From positions 1 to 64,000 of the IMG/VR virus record IMGVR_UViG_3300017917_001172: DNA of 64,000 nucleotides. The stretch is one strand, 5' to 3'. The translations under genes and the position numbers were made by a program. Below the pieces are notes generated by a model, which saw only the letters and a program-made list of their open reading frames with translations, was not told where the DNA came from and ran no database searches. Every line of letters starts with the position of its first letter. The first letter of the stretch is position 1. Shown here in pieces: positions 25,447 through 35,494 of this stretch. The DNA comes from a virus.

Positions 25447-26850
25447 TTAACTGCTGGTTTTTAGGTTGTTTAGCATCTGCTTGAGCTTTGAGCTCTGCAC
25501 CTCAGCCGTTATCTTACCTGATTCTGCTGGTGCATCGCTGCTTGATGTTACCGTTGGTTTGCTCTTGATGCTATCGATGATCGAGCTAGTGGGCTTCTTG
25601 AACTGTGGTGATCCTTCATCTTCACCTAGGTCACGTATGCGCAAGCTGTCCTGATCAAACTCGAGATCAACCTTCTGGCCCACGCCGCTTGAACTACGTG
25701 TCTTCATGAGCTGCAACTGATAGCGCCCATGTTCCTTCATTGACCTGCTGGTGAAGATACCAAACACGTTGTCTGCTGTATTGATCTTGGAGATACCACC
25801 CGAGATGTGGCTGTGATCAAACTCGATCTCTTCTACCGCGCTTCTGTTAAGCTGAGAAGCGGTGACCAAGACCATGTCTAGTTCTTTGGCCAAGTTACGC
25901 AGTTCTTCTGACACATACTTGTCCTTGACGAACAAGTCTGAGGGACTGACCTTGGCGCTGACTGGCATCAGCAGATCGAGATAGTCAACGCAGATGTAGC
26001 TGAGCTTGTGCCCAGTCTGCACTTGCAGTTCCTTGAGATAACTGCGCAAATCGTTCACGTTGCTCTGTGCTGGCATGTACTTGATCCTCAAGCTGCCTGC
26101 TTTCTTGCCTACCATCTTGATCTTCATCTCAACGGTATCGAGATCCTTGAAGATCTCCTTGCTGGGCACGCTGGTCAGCATGCTATCAATACGCATGGCA
26201 CAGAGCTCTTCGCTAAGTTCTAGCGTGATGTAAGCACCATCTAGTCCTGCTGTCATCCAGTTAACTGCTAGGTTCTGCATGAACAGCGATTTACCTGCAC
26301 CAGATCCGCCTGCGAAGATCTCAAGCTCGCCCCTGTTGAAACCACCATATAGTTTGTTGTCTAGCACTGGCCAACCAGTTGACATCTGGCCGTTGCTAGA
26401 CTTGAGCTTCATCAATCGCCCACGCGGGTCCTCGAAGTAATCCAAGCCTAGATTGCGTGTCAAGCTGATCTGCACTGCATCCTTGACCAGCTTCTCGATG
26501 GGATCATACTCGCCCTTCTCGATCAAGTCTGCGCTTTCTAGGATCACTCGCTTTAGCGTCTCATGCCTCGTGAATGATTCAAACTCATCCATGAACCAAT
26601 CGATCATGCTGTCTTCAAGCTTGTCAATCTTGTTCAGCTCTGTGCCTGTTTCAGCCTTGACTTGTTCAGCACTGGGAAGATCGTTGTACTTCTTGCTGTA
26701 GTCACGCAAGAACGTTGATGCTGCCTTCAAGCTGCGATCAAAGTTGATGGGATCAAATATGTTCTGCACACGCACGAAGCTTTGGGCATCAGACAGCATG
26801 ATCTCCAAGAACAGTTTCTGTAGATCTACTGAATAATCCTTAGATGCCAT
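25447..26850 (-). CDS. replicative DNA helicase (gp41/DnaB-like)
   Basis: GGSGAGKS Walker A, TLELSE, VDYLD, TASQLNR, KTR. Confidence 0.93.
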   Translation of the reverse strand: MASKDYSVDLQKLFLEIMLSDAQSFVRVQNIFDPINFDRSLKAASTFLRDYSKKYNDLPSAEQVKAETGTELNKIDKLEDSMIDWFMDEFESFTRHETLKRVILESADLIEKGEYDPIEKLVKDAVQISLTRNLGLDYFEDPRGRLMKLKSSNGQMSTGWPVLDNKLYGGFNRGELEIFAGGSGAGKSLFMQNLAVNWMTAGLDGAYITLELSEELCAMRIDSMLTSVPSKEIFKDLDTVEMKIKMVGKKAGSLRIKYMPAQSNVNDLRSYLKELQVQTGHKLSYICVDYLDLLMPVSAKVSPSDLFVKDKYVSEELRNLAKELDMVLVTASQLNRSAVEEIEFDHSHISGGISKINTADNVFGIFTSRSMKEHGRYQLQLMKTRSSSGVGQKVDLEFDQDSLRIRDLGEDEGSPQFKKPTSSIIDSIKSKPTVTSSSDAPAESGKITAEVQSSKLKQMLNNLKTSS

Positions 26851-27835
26851 GCCTCTTCCTCATCAACTCTATCTTTAATTTACTATCTTGTTTAGCTTGA
26901 AGTATAGATCTTAATGTGAACAGTTTGCCGTACCGCTGCATGGCATCAGCAGCATCCTTGATGTCTGCCTGCCACTCTGGAAAGCTAACTGACCATCCAT
27001 AAGTCAGTGCTGCATCGATCAGCCGGCCGCCGCTCTTGTCCATGTCTGGAACCACGATGATCTCTCTGCCCAAGCTGTCTATGATCTCTGCTTTCTTATC
27101 TGACACTTCATTAGTTAGCGCAGCCAAACCATTAACAGCTATGGCATCAAACGGTCCTTCAGTCAGCAATGCAAACTTGCTGTCGCGATGCTGCTGATCT
27201 ACACCAAACACGTAATCGCTGCCAACGTGCTGTATGTACTTGCTCATGCCCTTGGTCAGATCAACGCTGCGGGCGGTGTAGCCAACTTCTTTGCCCTGCC
27301 AGGTGTAAGGTATCAGCACTCGCCTGCGATAACCATCCTCGTGGCTCCAGCGCCAATCCCAATCATCCAGCGAGAACCCTCGGTCAGTGATGTATGCTAT
27401 TACCGCCGTGAGATCCTCGTCCTCGTAGCCGTTAGCTAGCCAATCTCTCACGCTGGCATTAGCTGGCAACTCTCGGGGTTCGAACTTTATCTCGGCCTTA
27501 GCACGCTCTTGCTGGACTATCTCTACGTCTAGCTGCCGCATGGCATCAAATACTATGCGCTGTATCTGCCCTTCGTCCATGCCCATCCAAGACATGAGCC
27601 TGCGCATCTTATAACCAAAATGCAAGCCAGGACGCCAGCTAGCTTTGTATCCACAGTTGAAGCAATGATAGCTTGCACCGCCCTCTGGCGTGAACAGCAG
27701 GCCGCCACGGCTTCGCTTGTCCTGCGTCTCGCCATTGTGAGTGCAGCAAGGCGCGTTGAAGCTCAGCCATCCCTTGGCTGCCTTCTTGTGCTTGGGCGGT
27801 AACACGCTCGATATGGCCTGCTGAGTCAGATTCAT
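26840..27835 (-). CDS. DNA primase (gp61-like)
   Basis: zinc ribbon PCC..CFNC; TOPRIM EGPFDA, PDMD; KDAAD. Confidence 0.9.
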   Translation of the reverse strand: MNLTQQAISSVLPPKHKKAAKGWLSFNAPCCTHNGETQDKRSRGGLLFTPEGGASYHCFNCGYKASWRPGLHFGYKMRRLMSWMGMDEGQIQRIVFDAMRQLDVEIVQQERAKAEIKFEPRELPANASVRDWLANGYEDEDLTAVIAYITDRGFSLDDWDWRWSHEDGYRRRVLIPYTWQGKEVGYTARSVDLTKGMSKYIQHVGSDYVFGVDQQHRDSKFALLTEGPFDAIAVNGLAALTNEVSDKKAEIIDSLGREIIVVPDMDKSGGRLIDAALTYGWSVSFPEWQADIKDAADAMQRYGKLFTLRSILQAKQDSKLKIELMRKRHGI

Positions 27836-27898
27836 CAGTATATTATAACACGCTTCTAAAATAAGTCAAAGGATCTATCTGGACTAAGTATCTTGGTT

Positions 27899-28273
27899 AT
27901 GGATTTGCATTTACAAGAATTTCTGGACAAGTATCCTTTTTTTGCTCTAGTCAGATACTCTGATCAAGAGTTTGTTTGCATCATCCAGAACCAAGACACT
28001 GATGTCACCACTATATATGACTTCAACAGCCTTAAGACCGAGGCACACCGAATCACTTTCATAGCATTAGCTGAACAATGGTGGTGGGAATCAAACAGGC
28101 AGATACCTATAAACATATTCCTCAAGAACGATTGGCATCAGTTCCGTTATGCTAGCAAGACCTTACTGACCAAGGAAGTCAACATAATAGCCGGTCATGC
28201 TGTTAGGCTTAATGATCTAGCCAGCAAGCGCACCAAGCGCAAGATGATACAGCTAGTTCGCCGCCCCACATAG
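27899..28273 (+). CDS. conserved hypothetical protein
   Basis: WWWESNRQIPINIFL motif; divergent from primase. Confidence 0.7.
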   Translation: MDLHLQEFLDKYPFFALVRYSDQEFVCIIQNQDTDVTTIYDFNSLKTEAHRITFIALAEQWWWESNRQIPINIFLKNDWHQFRYASKTLLTKEVNIIAGHAVRLNDLASKRTKRKMIQLVRRPT

Positions 28274-28822
28274 AAGATTCATGTGTACTGCTACCAACTG
28301 CGCATAGCTAACCGCATGCGCTTTCTTGAAGTAATAGCTACCATCTGCAGGTTTAGTCCAGATATCCTCTGAGACTTCCTTCCAAGTCTTGCCTATCAGA
28401 TGACGCTTAGCTGGACGTATGACCGCTAGGAACATGGCCATCCTAGGTATGCTGTTGACTGGTTCAGGCATCTTATGCAGGGTATCATAGTGGTTGTTGA
28501 TGTGTATGATCTGCTCAACGAACTCCCTGTGATCCAGCATCTCCCACATGGGCTCTGTGTCCATGAGCTTCTGCAAGTGAGATTCATCCTTGACCTGCTC
28601 ATAGACATGCACGTTGAGGAAGTCTAGCTTAACGTATGCTAGATCCTCTGCTAGCTGATAATCTATGCTAGCCCATCCTGTCACGGGATCAGTAGGCACG
28701 TCAGTCACGAACACACCTGTGTTGTGCTTGGTCCACTCGCCCTTGCGCTCTATGCTGGCAGGCACATGCTTTATCAGCTGGAGTATCTTTTCTCTGTCTG
28801 CGAAATCAATATCGATATCCAT
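28253..28822 (-). CDS. miniature DNA polymerase III alpha (DnaE, family C)-like protein
   Basis: DIDIDF, KHNTGV, KLDFL, IRP, YFKKAHAVSY correspond to DnaE palm/finger motifs. Confidence 0.8.
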   Translation of the reverse strand: MDIDIDFADREKILQLIKHVPASIERKGEWTKHNTGVFVTDVPTDPVTGWASIDYQLAEDLAYVKLDFLNVHVYEQVKDESHLQKLMDTEPMWEMLDHREFVEQIIHINNHYDTLHKMPEPVNSIPRMAMFLAVIRPAKRHLIGKTWKEVSEDIWTKPADGSYYFKKAHAVSYAQLVAVHMNLLCGAAN

Positions 28823-29550
28823 CAGAAGCCTGCCTCTCTAAGCACATGCTTGCACCATTCGGCATCTGCCAGATAATCTTTCAGTTTCTTGTTCCAGAAC
28901 TCAGGGTCGATCCACGGATAGATCATGGCAATTTGTTCGTCGTTTAGCTTGCCCAACGCTTCAATGCCCGTGTCGGAGCAATAGATAACCCACGGTGACA
29001 CGCGGCCGTTCTTGATCATAGCGCACATCCTATTGGTAGATGAATACCTAAAGAAGTGATTTACCACGCTGCTGTGCTCGTCTGCCCAGGCCTGCATCTC
29101 GACTATGGCACGTTCTAGCGCATCCTGTGGATTCTCCCTGCGCAGATACTCTAGCAGATACTGATCATAGAACGCATCTCTGGTCCAGTGATCTAGCTTC
29201 TTGTTGTTCTTGATCACCCATTCTGTGTAGCCAGCAGGATTGATAGCTCTTATGCCATGAAGATGCCTACCAAACTTGACGAAGGCCTTGTAGTAAGGGC
29301 TCTCTGAGAAATCCTCGTAGGTCTTGGTCTTGGCTGAGCCCTGCGTGAGCTCATAGAACTTGATCCATGCGTTGAAGCCTAGCCTCACGCCAACCTCGTC
29401 CTTCTGCTGATGCCTACGCTTGCTCTCACACAGATGCGCAGCCAAGGTTGATTCTTTCATGAATCCCTTGCCGCAGAACTTGCACTTGTATTCTTGTGCT
29501 AGGGGACCAGCTGCAAGTGCATCAGCGATGACCTTAGCGAGCTCACTCAT
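28822..29550 (-). CDS. C2H2 zinc-finger-containing hypothetical protein
   Basis: YKCKFCGKGF..ESTL..H.C. Confidence 0.7.
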   Translation of the reverse strand: MSELAKVIADALAAGPLAQEYKCKFCGKGFMKESTLAAHLCESKRRHQQKDEVGVRLGFNAWIKFYELTQGSAKTKTYEDFSESPYYKAFVKFGRHLHGIRAINPAGYTEWVIKNNKKLDHWTRDAFYDQYLLEYLRRENPQDALERAIVEMQAWADEHSSVVNHFFRYSSTNRMCAMIKNGRVSPWVIYCSDTGIEALGKLNDEQIAMIYPWIDPEFWNKKLKDYLADAEWCKHVLREAGF

Positions 29551-30028
29551 CTGTTCCCTTCATCGCTGCTTTGATCTCTTTCTCGGTCCATCCTCTGTCC
29601 TGCAATTCTTTCAGGACGTCATCCTCGTTGTTCGTGGCTGCTAGGATCTCTAGTTCTGATTCGTTAGCGTTGGGATAGAGCTTGGCGAACAGCTTGAGCT
29701 TCTTGTCAGTCTTGCCTCGCTTGCCCGGCGCGATCCATCCATGCTTCTGTGTGCCCATGCCAGGACTAGCTGCTGTCATCAGCAGATATTGCAGCTTGGG
29801 ATGATCCTTGATGGAGTTGAAACGCTTGTTGACAGTCTCGTTCACTGCCATGAGATAGTAGCGAGCAAAGTCGGGATTACCGCTCACGCTAGATGAATAG
29901 CGCATGTAGAGCCATGCAGGGAACTTGTCCTTCTGGGCCTGCTTGAGCTTGTTCCACCAAGCGCGATCCTTGCGATCAACAGCTGGTAGAACGTCTGCTA
30001 GCTTGATAGCTGATTCATCATCTGCCAT
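29543..30028 (-). CDS. clamp-loader small subunit (gp62-like)
   Basis: size, replication context, HPKLQY..L, H.WI motifs. Confidence 0.55.
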   Translation of the reverse strand: MADDESAIKLADVLPAVDRKDRAWWNKLKQAQKDKFPAWLYMRYSSSVSGNPDFARYYLMAVNETVNKRFNSIKDHPKLQYLLMTAASPGMGTQKHGWIAPGKRGKTDKKLKLFAKLYPNANESELEILAATNNEDDVLKELQDRGWTEKEIKAAMKGTDE

Positions 30029-30031
30029 GCA

Positions 30032-30532
30032 TCACCATGCTTTAGTTATATCAATGATCTCAGATTGTTTCGATATTTCTTTCACGAAGAACGCACATCT
30101 AGGATTGGGCTTGTCTTCTAGTGGTATCGCTAAGATGTGGCCTGGCTTGAGCTTGGGGAAGTACCACTTGACGTCTTGGTAGACATCAATGATCTCTATC
30201 TGCTCGTAATTGGGCATGATGCCTTTGATGGGATTGAACGTGAAAGCCTTGAAGCTGCGGTCGTTCAACCTAGTCAAGGGCAGCACTTCTAGATCACCAA
30301 AGTCAGGCTCTCCCACTAGCATCTGCCAGTTGTAGGGCATCTTGATCACGTTCTTACCGATCTTCATCACCAGTGCTGGATCGTTGAACGTTTCCATGAA
30401 TATGAGTGGAATGAAGAAGTAGTCTGGATCCTTAGGATCTGAATTGTCTAGCACACAGAACCGCAGATCATCCACGTATTCTGGCAAGTCGTTCATCTCA
30501 TAAGCTGTGTTTTCTGCGGTCAATATCTTCAT
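30032..30532 (-). CDS. conserved hypothetical protein
   Basis: ORF in replication cluster. Confidence 0.7.
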   Translation of the reverse strand: MKILTAENTAYEMNDLPEYVDDLRFCVLDNSDPKDPDYFFIPLIFMETFNDPALVMKIGKNVIKMPYNWQMLVGEPDFGDLEVLPLTRLNDRSFKAFTFNPIKGIMPNYEQIEIIDVYQDVKWYFPKLKPGHILAIPLEDKPNPRCAFFVKEISKQSEIIDITKAW

Positions 30533-30556
30533 TTAACTAATATAGCACTTTGCTCA

Positions 30557-31066
30557 TTACCGATCAACCTTATATCGCCAAGTCACGACATCATCGATCT
30601 GTTCCTGCGTCCAGTTGTCGTAATAGCCCTGCTTCTTTAGCATCTCGCTGGCCATGTTGAGCTTGGCTGTTTCTTGCAGCAAGACCAGCGCCCACTTGCC
30701 TTGATTCATCTTTTCGCCAGCCACGATCTCGGGATCATCGGGGTGATCTTCCAGCGCGACCAAACCAGAGGGCATCAACCACTTATGGTTGGCCTGCCAA
30801 GTCAAGTCTGATAGCTGCAAAGGAGACACCTGTTCCTTGTTGCAACCTAGCACGATCACTTCCTTAGGCAGACCAAGCTCTGTGATAGCATAGAGATTGT
30901 TAGTGAGATGTTCTGCGTTGTCACACAATACCCAATGTATCTTGTTCGTGACTAGAGCATTCCTCGCAAATGGGCAAGGCACGTGTCCTAGCTTTTCGTT
31001 AGGTACGCTGACCCAGTTCAGTATCCATTCACCTACGTCATTGATCAATTCTTGCTCAGAGCTCAT
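30557..31066 (-). CDS. DUF1415-like protein
   Basis: W..NW...PCPFA..A, DHP motifs. Confidence 0.5.
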   Translation of the reverse strand: MSSEQELINDVGEWILNWVSVPNEKLGHVPCPFARNALVTNKIHWVLCDNAEHLTNNLYAITELGLPKEVIVLGCNKEQVSPLQLSDLTWQANHKWLMPSGLVALEDHPDDPEIVAGEKMNQGKWALVLLQETAKLNMASEMLKKQGYYDNWTQEQIDDVVTWRYKVDR

Positions 31067-31388
31067 CTGGCCAATCCCTATATAATGCATGTTGGATGTC
31101 ATCATCCACGAACTGATTGAAGCTCTGATGCTTGGCTTCTAGATCACCTTCCAAGGGTGCTACACGCTTGAAGGCTGCATCCATCTGCGCCATGTCCTTG
31201 AACTCCATCATGATGTGCCATTCAGGAAGATCTGCTATGCTTCGGAACCCCATCTTGCAGCGAGTGATCCTGTAGCTTTGCAGCTTCTTCTCTAGCATAA
31301 GCTGGTTTAAGAATGACTTCATGTTAGCGACCCACTCCTTGTCAGAGATGTCGCCTTTCTTGTTGGCCCAGATATGATATATGTCCAT
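31056..31388 (-). CDS. DUF6614-like protein
   Basis: YRITRCKMGF....EWHIMMEF....Q.D.AF..V, ALYRDWPD. Confidence 0.65.
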   Translation of the reverse strand: MDIYHIWANKKGDISDKEWVANMKSFLNQLMLEKKLQSYRITRCKMGFRSIADLPEWHIMMEFKDMAQMDAAFKRVAPLEGDLEAKHQSFNQFVDDDIQHALYRDWPDEL

Positions 31389-31819
31389 CAGATTGGTCCC
31401 ATTGTCTCGAAGCCTTGCATCTCTTTCTTGTATTCGTCAGCGTGACCGAGATAGAGATAGTGGAAGCCTCTGTTCCTGTAGACTGCACATTCATGCTTGA
31501 GGCTGCTGATACCTAATCTGAGACTAGGATCCTCGTAGTTCCAAGCGAACTGTATGCATTCCGCGTTACGCTTGTCATACCTGCGTATGATGCTGAAGGC
31601 GATCAACTGGTCACAGTCGTCATAGTAACCTATGACGTCATTGCTAGGATCAGTATATTCGCTGTCGAAGATTGGCATGTAGCTGGGAAACTTTTTGTAC
31701 CTACAATAGGCGAGGTATATGCCCCCTAGCTGCAAGGGATCAGGGTTGGATAGGTATGTCCATCCACCCTGCATTTGAGTATAGTCAGTCCTGCGTAGGT
31801 CTATTCTTGCGTATATCAT
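31388..31819 (-). CDS. aminoacyl-tRNA-protein transferase (Ate1/Bpt) C-terminal-domain-like GNAT protein
   Basis: IY..Y, GYY...LIAFS, LG..SL..E....R..G..YLYLG....YK...GFE. Confidence 0.65.
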   Translation of the reverse strand: MIYARIDLRRTDYTQMQGGWTYLSNPDPLQLGGIYLAYCRYKKFPSYMPIFDSEYTDPSNDVIGYYDDCDQLIAFSIIRRYDKRNAECIQFAWNYEDPSLRLGISSLKHECAVYRNRGFHYLYLGHADEYKKEMQGFETMGPI

Positions 31820-31820
31820 C

Positions 31821-33269
31821 TCATATGTTTATCTTCTCAATTGAGAACGGGTAATTAGCTTCGCGATAAAATTGCTTGCGCTTGCCAAGATGCCTTTTCG
31901 AGAACTTGCAGGCTGATGTGATGTCCCAGATCTGAACAAAGTCCTTATCTTCCGCACGCCTAATTCCACGGCCGATAGACTGAATAACACGAACGAAAGA
32001 CTTGCCAGGCTCAACCAGCACAAGATTGAAGATGCGAGGTATATTAATGCCAACGGCAGCCACGCCATAAGTCGCAATGAGTACCTTATCATCGACCTCA
32101 GCCACTTCATCATATTCTGCCTTGCGATCACCAGCCTTGGTTGCACCTGATACGAATACTGCATCCTTGATCCTCGATTCCAGTTCCTTGCCGGTAGTTA
32201 TGCGATCCACTAGTATGAGAGTATTGCCTGAGGTTCGCACTGCCTCTGCGACGCCAGCCATCCAATCCAACCTATCTGCGTTGGTCACTAGGTGCTGCAT
32301 CTCGCTCTGGTAGTTGGCATAGGCTTGCGTTTCCTGCGTCTGCAGGACCTTGACGTGGCATTGCGCTAACACGCCCCTGTCTTGCAGTTCGCTAGCAGCC
32401 ACTCGATTGATCACATCGCCCAAGCTGCACTTGATAGAGATGAACTCGTACTGTTCCTTGGGGATGGTACCAGTCAATCCCCAACGTATCTGCACCTTGT
32501 GTAACACACCTGTCAGCAAGGTCTTGAGAGCATCAGCCTTGGCTTGATGCACCTCGTCCACGATCACCGCGACCACATCCTCGATGAAGCTGCCAATGTC
32601 AGCTTCGCCTTCCTTAGTCTTCTTGAGCATGTTATTCAAGCTCTGCCAGGTGCAGATGGTATGTGTGCGGCCTACCTCTTTCCTGTCACCAAAGTAGACG
32701 CCAACGTCTAGCTGCATGTTCTTGTAGTCGGCTTCGGTCTGCGTGACCAAGCTCTTGTTGGGAACGATGACCAGCGTCCTACCATACGGTTCCATCTTGT
32801 GGCTCAGCACTGCTGTCATCAGCGTCTTGCCTGCGCCTGTTGCGATCTCCTGCAAGGCCTGCGGGTTGTGCAAGAAGTTGTTGATGATCTCTACCTGATA
32901 GTCGCGCAGCATGATCGGCTGACCAGCAGCAGGATGACCTTTTGGCCACTTAACGTAGCTGTAGCTGTCCTCTGACACTTCCTCGAATTGGAAGTTCTGC
33001 CTAGCTTCACGCTGGTCTACTAGCTCAACGTGATAGTTGCGCTGATCTAGCTCTGCTAGGATCTCTGGCAGCAGATTGATGTAGGTACTGCCGCCCATCT
33101 GGAAGAATGAAACGCAACCATCCCAGCGCCCGAGACGGACAGCGGGCAGGTGCCTCGCATATGGAATCTCGAACTTGAACTTCTTGACCAGACGCTTGCG
33201 CATGTCAAGGTCGAGATCCTCAAACTTGCAATTGACCTCGTCCTTGATCACTAATCGGCAACTAGGCAT
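31821..33269 (-). CDS. uvsW: UvsW-like SF2 helicase
   Basis: LRDYQ, ATGAGKT, DEVH, GLTGT, QSIGR.IR. Confidence 0.9.
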   Translation of the reverse strand: MPSCRLVIKDEVNCKFEDLDLDMRKRLVKKFKFEIPYARHLPAVRLGRWDGCVSFFQMGGSTYINLLPEILAELDQRNYHVELVDQREARQNFQFEEVSEDSYSYVKWPKGHPAAGQPIMLRDYQVEIINNFLHNPQALQEIATGAGKTLMTAVLSHKMEPYGRTLVIVPNKSLVTQTEADYKNMQLDVGVYFGDRKEVGRTHTICTWQSLNNMLKKTKEGEADIGSFIEDVVAVIVDEVHQAKADALKTLLTGVLHKVQIRWGLTGTIPKEQYEFISIKCSLGDVINRVAASELQDRGVLAQCHVKVLQTQETQAYANYQSEMQHLVTNADRLDWMAGVAEAVRTSGNTLILVDRITTGKELESRIKDAVFVSGATKAGDRKAEYDEVAEVDDKVLIATYGVAAVGINIPRIFNLVLVEPGKSFVRVIQSIGRGIRRAEDKDFVQIWDITSACKFSKRHLGKRKQFYREANYPFSIEKINI

Positions 33270-34377
33270 CTACCCTCTCATCATCTGCAATCATATATAG
33301 CACCGCTAGATACTGTTGCGCTAGTTCTAAAGCGGCTTGATTGCCGATCAACACATCAGTGACCAACACCGATTGCTTGGCCTTTGTTGACACTTCTGTT
33401 GCGAAGCCTGGTTTGACCGTGATGTATTCCTTAGAGCAGGCATAGTAATCACTGGTCTTGGCCATGACCCTAGGCATGCTGTTGGTCCTGTACAAGAACA
33501 CGTAATTGAGATCATTGGCCGTGCGCATTAGCTCGTTAAACTTCTGCCAGACCATGTTGCTCTGGCCAGGGTATGAATCCTCGGCGGGGAACTGGGCTTC
33601 GAGCAGCATGCGCCGCGGATCCGTGACGCCAAAGTGTTCCAGCAGGGATCTCGTAACGCCCATGCCATGCTTGAAAGCTAGCAAGCCCATCTTGAGCACA
33701 TCGCCCTGTGGATCAAATCCATGTTGGTGCATGCTCTCGATCAAAGCATCCGTGCAGTTAAGCATCTCGAGACCGTTGCTGGTCAGATCAAGCAACGGGT
33801 AGACCTTGCTGTATAGCTCAAACGATCCTGCGATGTCCAATAGCTCTTTCAGCTTAGGATCTATCTTCCATTCAGTGCTGTTGAATATCTTCATCTTGAC
33901 CAGCTCTGCTATGTTGCATTCTAGCAGATCCAACGACCAATGCTTGGCAGTAGCATCCCACACCCAATGGCCAGGCATCTCACCAGAAGCTGTGCTGAGC
34001 TTGGCAATTACCTTTGGGTCATATGGGAACTTGATGTAGATCCTCTTGTCTTCTATCCAAGCCGAGTGGGTCCTGTCTACTTCTCGGATCGGCAGCGAGA
34101 GCGGAATGTCTTCGCTTTCGAGATAGCTAGGGTCGAGTCCAAGCTGTGTCCACTGGCGCTTGTATTTTTGGATTACCTTGACGGCTAACAGGACCTGCCT
34201 ATCAGTCAACCCAGTGTTATTCCTGATGCTCGTGCAGACGCTCTCAACAAACCTGATATCGTAGGTCGCTAGCTTGATGGGCTTGTTCCTGCGCCATGGG
34301 TCTTTGACAGTCTGTCCATTGATGTCGATCAAGCCGCCCATGAACAGCAACCAATCTTCTAGGAACTTCAGTGACAA
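33262..34377 (-). CDS. hypothetical protein (possible HARP-like domain)
   Basis: I.FPYD...I......W.WD...K.W pattern; directly upstream of uvsW. Confidence 0.55.
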   Translation of the reverse strand: MSLKFLEDWLLFMGGLIDINGQTVKDPWRRNKPIKLATYDIRFVESVCTSIRNNTGLTDRQVLLAVKVIQKYKRQWTQLGLDPSYLESEDIPLSLPIREVDRTHSAWIEDKRIYIKFPYDPKVIAKLSTASGEMPGHWVWDATAKHWSLDLLECNIAELVKMKIFNSTEWKIDPKLKELLDIAGSFELYSKVYPLLDLTSNGLEMLNCTDALIESMHQHGFDPQGDVLKMGLLAFKHGMGVTRSLLEHFGVTDPRRMLLEAQFPAEDSYPGQSNMVWQKFNELMRTANDLNYVFLYRTNSMPRVMAKTSDYYACSKEYITVKPGFATEVSTKAKQSVLVTDVLIGNQAALELAQQYLAVLYMIADDERVDA

Positions 34378-34405
34378 AATAATTCTCCCATATCAATCTG
34401 CAAAT

Positions 34406-34444
34406 AGAAAAGGGAGGATGAAGGCATTGCTGCCCTCATCCCCC
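34406..34444 (-). terminator. intrinsic terminator
   Basis: GGGGGATGAGGGCA-GCAA-TGCCTTCATCCTCC followed by CTTTTCT. Confidence 0.75.
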
Positions 34445-34486
34445 AAGTTGCCCCGCCCAAGCTAGGAGTCTCGGTGGGGAGTAGGA

Positions 34487-35494
34487 TCATGCATTCTTCA
34501 TGCATGTGTTCTCTGCGATAGCCTTCCAACGGTCCTCGCTCATGCGGCGCAGGTCAGCAAGCTTGATCGCCATGCGCAAGCTGACCTCGCGCAGCCTGGA
34601 AGACTTCTCAGTCATGAAGTCCAGGATCTCAGCTTCCTGCTCGTTGGTCATGCCGTAGGCTGGGAACAGCTGGCCCGTGCGAGCGATCTGCTTGATGCGC
34701 AGCAGCTTGTCGCGCATGGTATCGATCGTCAGGTCCAAGTAGTGGCAGCGTGACATCAGCGCAGCAAGGTGATCCTTGAGCTTGGTGCTCTTGACGCTGT
34801 CGAACTTGATGTTGGTGATGAAGATCACCGCGCCCTTGAAGTCGAACTTGTTGGGCACACCTTCGCGACGCAGCATGGCGCTGTCAGCGTTCCAGTGGAT
34901 GGTACGCTTCTTGGAACTATCCAACGCAGCCTTGAGCACGTTGAGCGACACGTCTTCCATCAAGATGCTGTCGCAGTCGTCGAACACCAACACGTTGCCT
35001 TCATCGCTGAACTCATGCAGCTTGCAGTAGAGTCCGATCGGCGTCATCGCGCCCTTGACCACTTCGTACTTGCGGCGTCGACCTGCGAGGTCGTCCAGTA
35101 AGCCGCTCTTCTGGAGCTCAGCTTCAACGCCAAAGCTCTTACCAACACCCGGCGGACCAACCACGATCATCGCACGGACGTCACCGTTAACGGTAGCAGC
35201 AGTCATCTCATCGAGGATGGCAAATCGCTCGCCAATACGCTCCATGACCTGCTCGTCCGTCTCAGCCTGCACTTCCTTGATAGGCGTCAATACCTGCATG
35301 TCTTCTCCGTCAACTTCGATATCATTCTCATCAACCAACACGCGGATGACGCCGCGCTCGGGCAAGATACCCGTAGCGTCAACAGTCACGTACCCACCCT
35401 TGGCACCCTCTTGGTAGCCCTTGACGAGCGGAAAGGTGCAATTGACAACCGGGGCATTCCGATACATGCCGTTCTTGATTGTGATGTACTGCAT
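34487..35494 (-). CDS. AAA+ family P-loop ATPase
   Basis: GPPGVGKS Walker A, VLVFDDCD Walker B, FITN, SR finger. Confidence 0.88.
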   Translation of the reverse strand: MQYITIKNGMYRNAPVVNCTFPLVKGYQEGAKGGYVTVDATGILPERGVIRVLVDENDIEVDGEDMQVLTPIKEVQAETDEQVMERIGERFAILDEMTAATVNGDVRAMIVVGPPGVGKSFGVEAELQKSGLLDDLAGRRRKYEVVKGAMTPIGLYCKLHEFSDEGNVLVFDDCDSILMEDVSLNVLKAALDSSKKRTIHWNADSAMLRREGVPNKFDFKGAVIFITNIKFDSVKSTKLKDHLAALMSRCHYLDLTIDTMRDKLLRIKQIARTGQLFPAYGMTNEQEAEILDFMTEKSSRLREVSLRMAIKLADLRRMSEDRWKAIAENTCMKNA

